Source: Pristiophorus japonicus
Taxonomy: Eukaryota
Length of the DNA stretch: 64,000 nt
NCBI RefSeq assembly: GCF_044704955.1
Contig: NC_091997.1
Coordinates: forward strand, 20,274,001 to 20,338,000
Reading direction: 5' to 3'
The stretch's first letter is position 1; each line of letters begins with the position of its first letter. This document shows positions 60,366 to 64,000 of this stretch, in pieces. The position numbers were made by a program, and so were the translations under genes. Below the pieces are notes generated by a model. The model was not told where the DNA came from, made no database searches, and worked only from the letters and a program-made list of their open reading frames with translations.

Positions 60366-60568
60366 CAACACCAACAACTTGTATTTATATAGCGCTTTTA
60401 ACATAGTGAAATGTCCCAAGGCATTTCGCAGGAGTATTAGAAGATCAAAAATTTGACATCGAGCCGCATAAGTGGAAATTAGCTCGTGACCAAAAGCTTG
60501 GTCAAAGAGGTAGTTTTAAGGAGCGTCTTGAAGGAGGAGAGAGGGGTAGAGAGAATGAAAGGTTTCGG
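60366..60568 (-). mobile_element. L2-type LINE 3' end
   Basis: Close homolog of 3774-3980. Confidence 0.82.
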
Positions 60569-62283
60569 CAGAGACATTGAACAAATATTTTGTATCGGTC
60601 TTTACGGTAGAAGACATTAAAAACATCTCAATAGTGGATAATCAAGGGGTTATAATGAAGTAGAACTTGGTAAAATATTGGGACTAAAGGTGGACAAGTC
60701 CCCTTGACCTGATAGCTTACATCCTAGGGTCTTAAAAGAAGTGGCTGCAGAGATAGTGGAGGCATTGGTTGTAATCTACAAAATTCCCTGGATTCTGGGG
60801 TGGTCCCAGCAGATTGGAAAACAACAAATGTAACGCCCCTATTTAAAAAAGGAGGTAAACAGAAAGCAGGAAACTGTAGACCAGTTAGCTTAACATCTGT
60901 TATTGAGAAAATGCTGGAGTTCATTATTAAGGAAGCAGTCGTGGGACATTTGGAAAAGCATAATTCAATCAAGCAGAGTCAGCATGGTTTTATGAAAGGG
61001 AAATCATGTTTGACAAATTTGCTGGAGTTCTTTGAGGATTTAACGAGTAGGGTGGATAAGGTGGAACCCGTGGATGTGGTGTATTTGGATTTCCAGAAGG
61101 CATTCGATAAGGCGCCACATAAAAGGTTACTACACAAGATAAAAGTTCACGGGGTTGGGGGTAATATATTAGCATGGATAGAGGATTGGTTAACTAACAG
61201 AAAACAGAGAGTCGGGATAAATGGGTCATTTTCCGGTTGGCAAACAGTGACTAGTGGGGTGCCGCAGGGATCGGTGCTGGGCCCTCAACTATTTACAATC
61301 TATATTAATGACTTGGATGAAGGGATCGAGTGTAATGTAGCCTAGTTTGCTGATGATACACAGATGGATGGGAAAGCAAATTGTGAGGAGGACGCAAAAA
61401 ATCTGCAAAGGGATATAGACAGGCTAAGTTAGTGGACAAAAATTTGGCAGATGGAGTATAATGTGGGAAAATGTGAGGTTATCCACTTTGACAGTAAAAA
61501 TAGAAAAGCAAATTGTAATTTTTCTCCATTTAAATTATAAAGTGCTGCAGTACAGAGGGACCTGGGGGTCCTTGTACATGAAACACAAAGTTAGTATGCA
61601 GCTACAGCAAGTGATCAGGAAGGCAAATAGGATGTTGGCCTTTATTGCAAGGAGGATGGAGTATAAAAGCAGAGAAGTCCTGCTACAACTGTACAGGATA
61701 GTGGTGAGGCCACACCTAGAGTACTGAGTACAGTTTTGATCTCCGTATATAAAGAAGGATATACTTGCATTGGAGGCTGTTCAGAGAAGGTCCACCAGGT
61801 TAATTCCAAAGATGAGGGGGTTGACTTATGAAGATAGGTTGAGTAGGTTGGGCCTATACACATTGGAGTTCAGAAGCATGAGAAATGATCTTATGGAAAC
61901 ATACAAGATAATGAGGGGACTTGACAAGGTAGATGCAGAGAGGATATTTTCACTCATAGGGAAAACTAAAACTAGGGGACATTGTCTCAGAATAAGGGGC
62001 CACCCATTTAAAACTGAGATGAGGAGGAATTTCTTCTCTCACAGAGGGTTGCAAATCTGTGGAATTCTCTGCCCCAGAGCGCTGTGGAGGCTGGGTCATT
62101 GAATATATTTAAAGCGGGATAGACAGATTTTTGAGTGATGTGAATAAAGGATTATGGGGAGCAGGCAGGGAAGTGGAGCTGAGTTCATGATCAGATCAGC
62201 CATCATCTTATTAACTGGCGGAGCAGGCTCGAGGTGACAGGAGGCCTACTCCTGCTCCTATTTCTTATGTTCCTATGTTCTAA
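60569..62283 (+). mobile_element. 5'-truncated CR1 LINE (RT region), disrupted
   Basis: ORFs 60800-61345 ([19 protein letters not shown]) and 61770-62102; tail TTCTTATGTTCCTATG. Confidence 0.94.
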
Positions 62284-62542
62284 CAATGGAAAATTCGATG
62301 TCTGTGACAAATATTTTGTGCTGAAATATTGACTGGAACATGTGTCACTATTATGCAGATTTGATTCTTTGTGTCTATACTTGTCAGAAATCATCAGTTG
62401 ATCTATGGGCTATTATTTACGTCAATCACTACGACACATTAGGAACGGCACCTTTAGGCAAGCAGTCAGTCACCTTGGACACGTAGAGAGAGATTTAACC
62501 ATCTGGGCTAACTAGGATTAGGGCTTTCCTAAGGTACACAAT

Positions 62543-64000
62543 TGTGATATGTAATTCTTAAACATTCTATGTGACTAAGTGTCATGTATATACTTTTGGG
62601 ATCATTAGGCACTTGATGGCGTCACTGTTGAAGGCCATTTATGTGCACAGATGGATGTGTGTGCAGCCCAAGTATAAAAGGCCAGCCATTTTGTATATTA
62701 GTCACTTTGAGCAGAGCCGAGGTCATACCTCTTAGAGTTAAACAGTACTCAGTCTAACAGTTACTGCATACACAACATTTGGCGACGAGGCAACAAGAAC
62801 CTTTGCATGAAAAAATGAGCACAATTGGATTGTTGGAGCAATTCATGGAAGGAGAAGATTGGGCAGACTTTGTCAGCCATTTGAGCCAGTTCTTCGTGGC
62901 CAACAAAATGGTGGAGATTGGCGACGCAGATCGACGCTGGGCAGTGTTCCTCACGGTTTGCGTTCAAAAATTTATGGTCTGATAAAGAATCTACTCCTGC
63001 CTGTGAGTCCAACCGAGAAGACCTATGAAAAATTGTGTACACTGGTACAGGACCACCTTAAGCCAGACGAAGGCATCATCATCTCGAGATACAAATTTTA
63101 TACACACATTCGCTTAGAGGGCCAGAATGCAGTGGAATTTCTTGCTGACCTGAGACGTCTAGCGGGATCGTGTAAGTTCGGGGCTGTGTTGGCAGACATG
63201 CTGTGGAACTTCTTTGTAATCGGCATCAACCACGAGGTGATACTGGCAGTGGAGACATTGGACTTGAACAGGACCATCACGATCGCTCAGTCATGCATGA
63301 CGATGGAAAGAAGTCTAAAGCAGATATGAAAAATCAAAACTCGGCAAGTAATGCAAATATGATGCATTCGGCACAGCGGCACATGGCAGGGCCTACCCGA
63401 CTGTGTACGCGAAACCTGTGGCTGCCCAAAGTCTGCCAGCGGGAATGCATCCGATTTATCCACGTTGGTGTTGTGGGAGAAATCACCGGCACCAGCTGTG
63501 CCGATTTAAGCAATATAGTTGCAAAGGCTGTCTGAGAGTGAGACATCTCCAGCGCAAGTGTCCGCAGATGAGCAAGCGTGCTGCGACACACCACGTGGAG
63601 GATGATGGTCAGACTAGCGCGGATCCGGATACGCAATTCAAGATACCAGAGGAGGAAGTGTATGGACTGTACTCGTTCCTAACTAAGAAAAAACCGATAA
63701 TGATCAACGTGAAATTTAATGGGGTGCCGGTATCGATGGAACTGGACACGGGGGTGAGTCAATCGCTAATGAGCCAGAGGGCATTTGACAAGCTTTGGGA
63801 TACTAAGGTCGTGAGGCCCAGGGTGAGTCCAGTCAATGCCAAGTTGCACACGTACACCAAATAACTCATAACGGTGATTGGCAGTGCCACAATTAAAATG
63901 TCGTATGACAGTCAGTTCACGAGTTACCGCTATGGATTGTCCCAGGCAATGGCACAACACTGTTTGGCAGGAACTGGCTTGAAAAAAATCAGATGCGATT
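62543..64000 (+). mobile_element. Gypsy (Mag-like) LTR retrotransposon, decayed, runs off the right edge
   Basis: LTR ending ...CACAACA (62777; start is TGTGATATG at 62543 or TGTCATGTA at 62580) with TATAAAA; PBS TGGCGACGAGG at 62780-62790; gag and protease follow. Confidence 0.92.
62816..64000 (+). pseudogene. Gypsy gag and protease, fragmented
   Basis: MSTIGLLEQFMEGEDWADFV..., RLEGQNAVEFLADLRRLAGSC, CKGCLRVRHLQRKC and MELDTGVSQSLM; homologous to the left element but clearly a different family. Confidence 0.9.

Noticed and set aside
1-64000. The two edge Gypsy elements as ends of one giant element
   Set aside because: They are on opposite strands pointing outward, with different LTRs and diverged gag and protease.

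Overview
Vertebrate nuclear DNA made up mostly of transposable elements. The repeat complement (SacSINE1-like DeuSINEs, abundant CR1, L2, RTE, Tx1, Penelope pLTR-like pieces, Mag-type Gypsy, Harbinger) suggests a cartilaginous fish, probably a shark; this is inference. I found no host protein-coding exon, rRNA, tRNA gene or CRISPR array, so the window looks intergenic or deep-intronic. Main contents: two decayed Gypsy elements running off the two window edges; solo LTRs with target-site duplications (TSDs); one near full-length CR1 LINE (esterase ORF1, EN/RT ORF2) and many CR1 fragments; a decayed two-gene Harbinger transposon and about ten Harbinger-type MITEs; three Tx1-like 3' fragments nested in one LTR; RTE fragments and bipartite RTE derivatives; and 24-bp and 29-bp minisatellites. 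The most interesting signals are mechanistic footprints rather than new genes: a 64-bp locally templated inverted copy at the CR1 5' junction, a 91-bp near-perfect duplication linking two otherwise diverged Tx1 copies, three Tx1 insertions into one small LTR, and MITEs that repeatedly carry consensus splice donors. All boundaries were read by eye and are approximate unless a TSD or terminal inverted repeat (TIR) is quoted.
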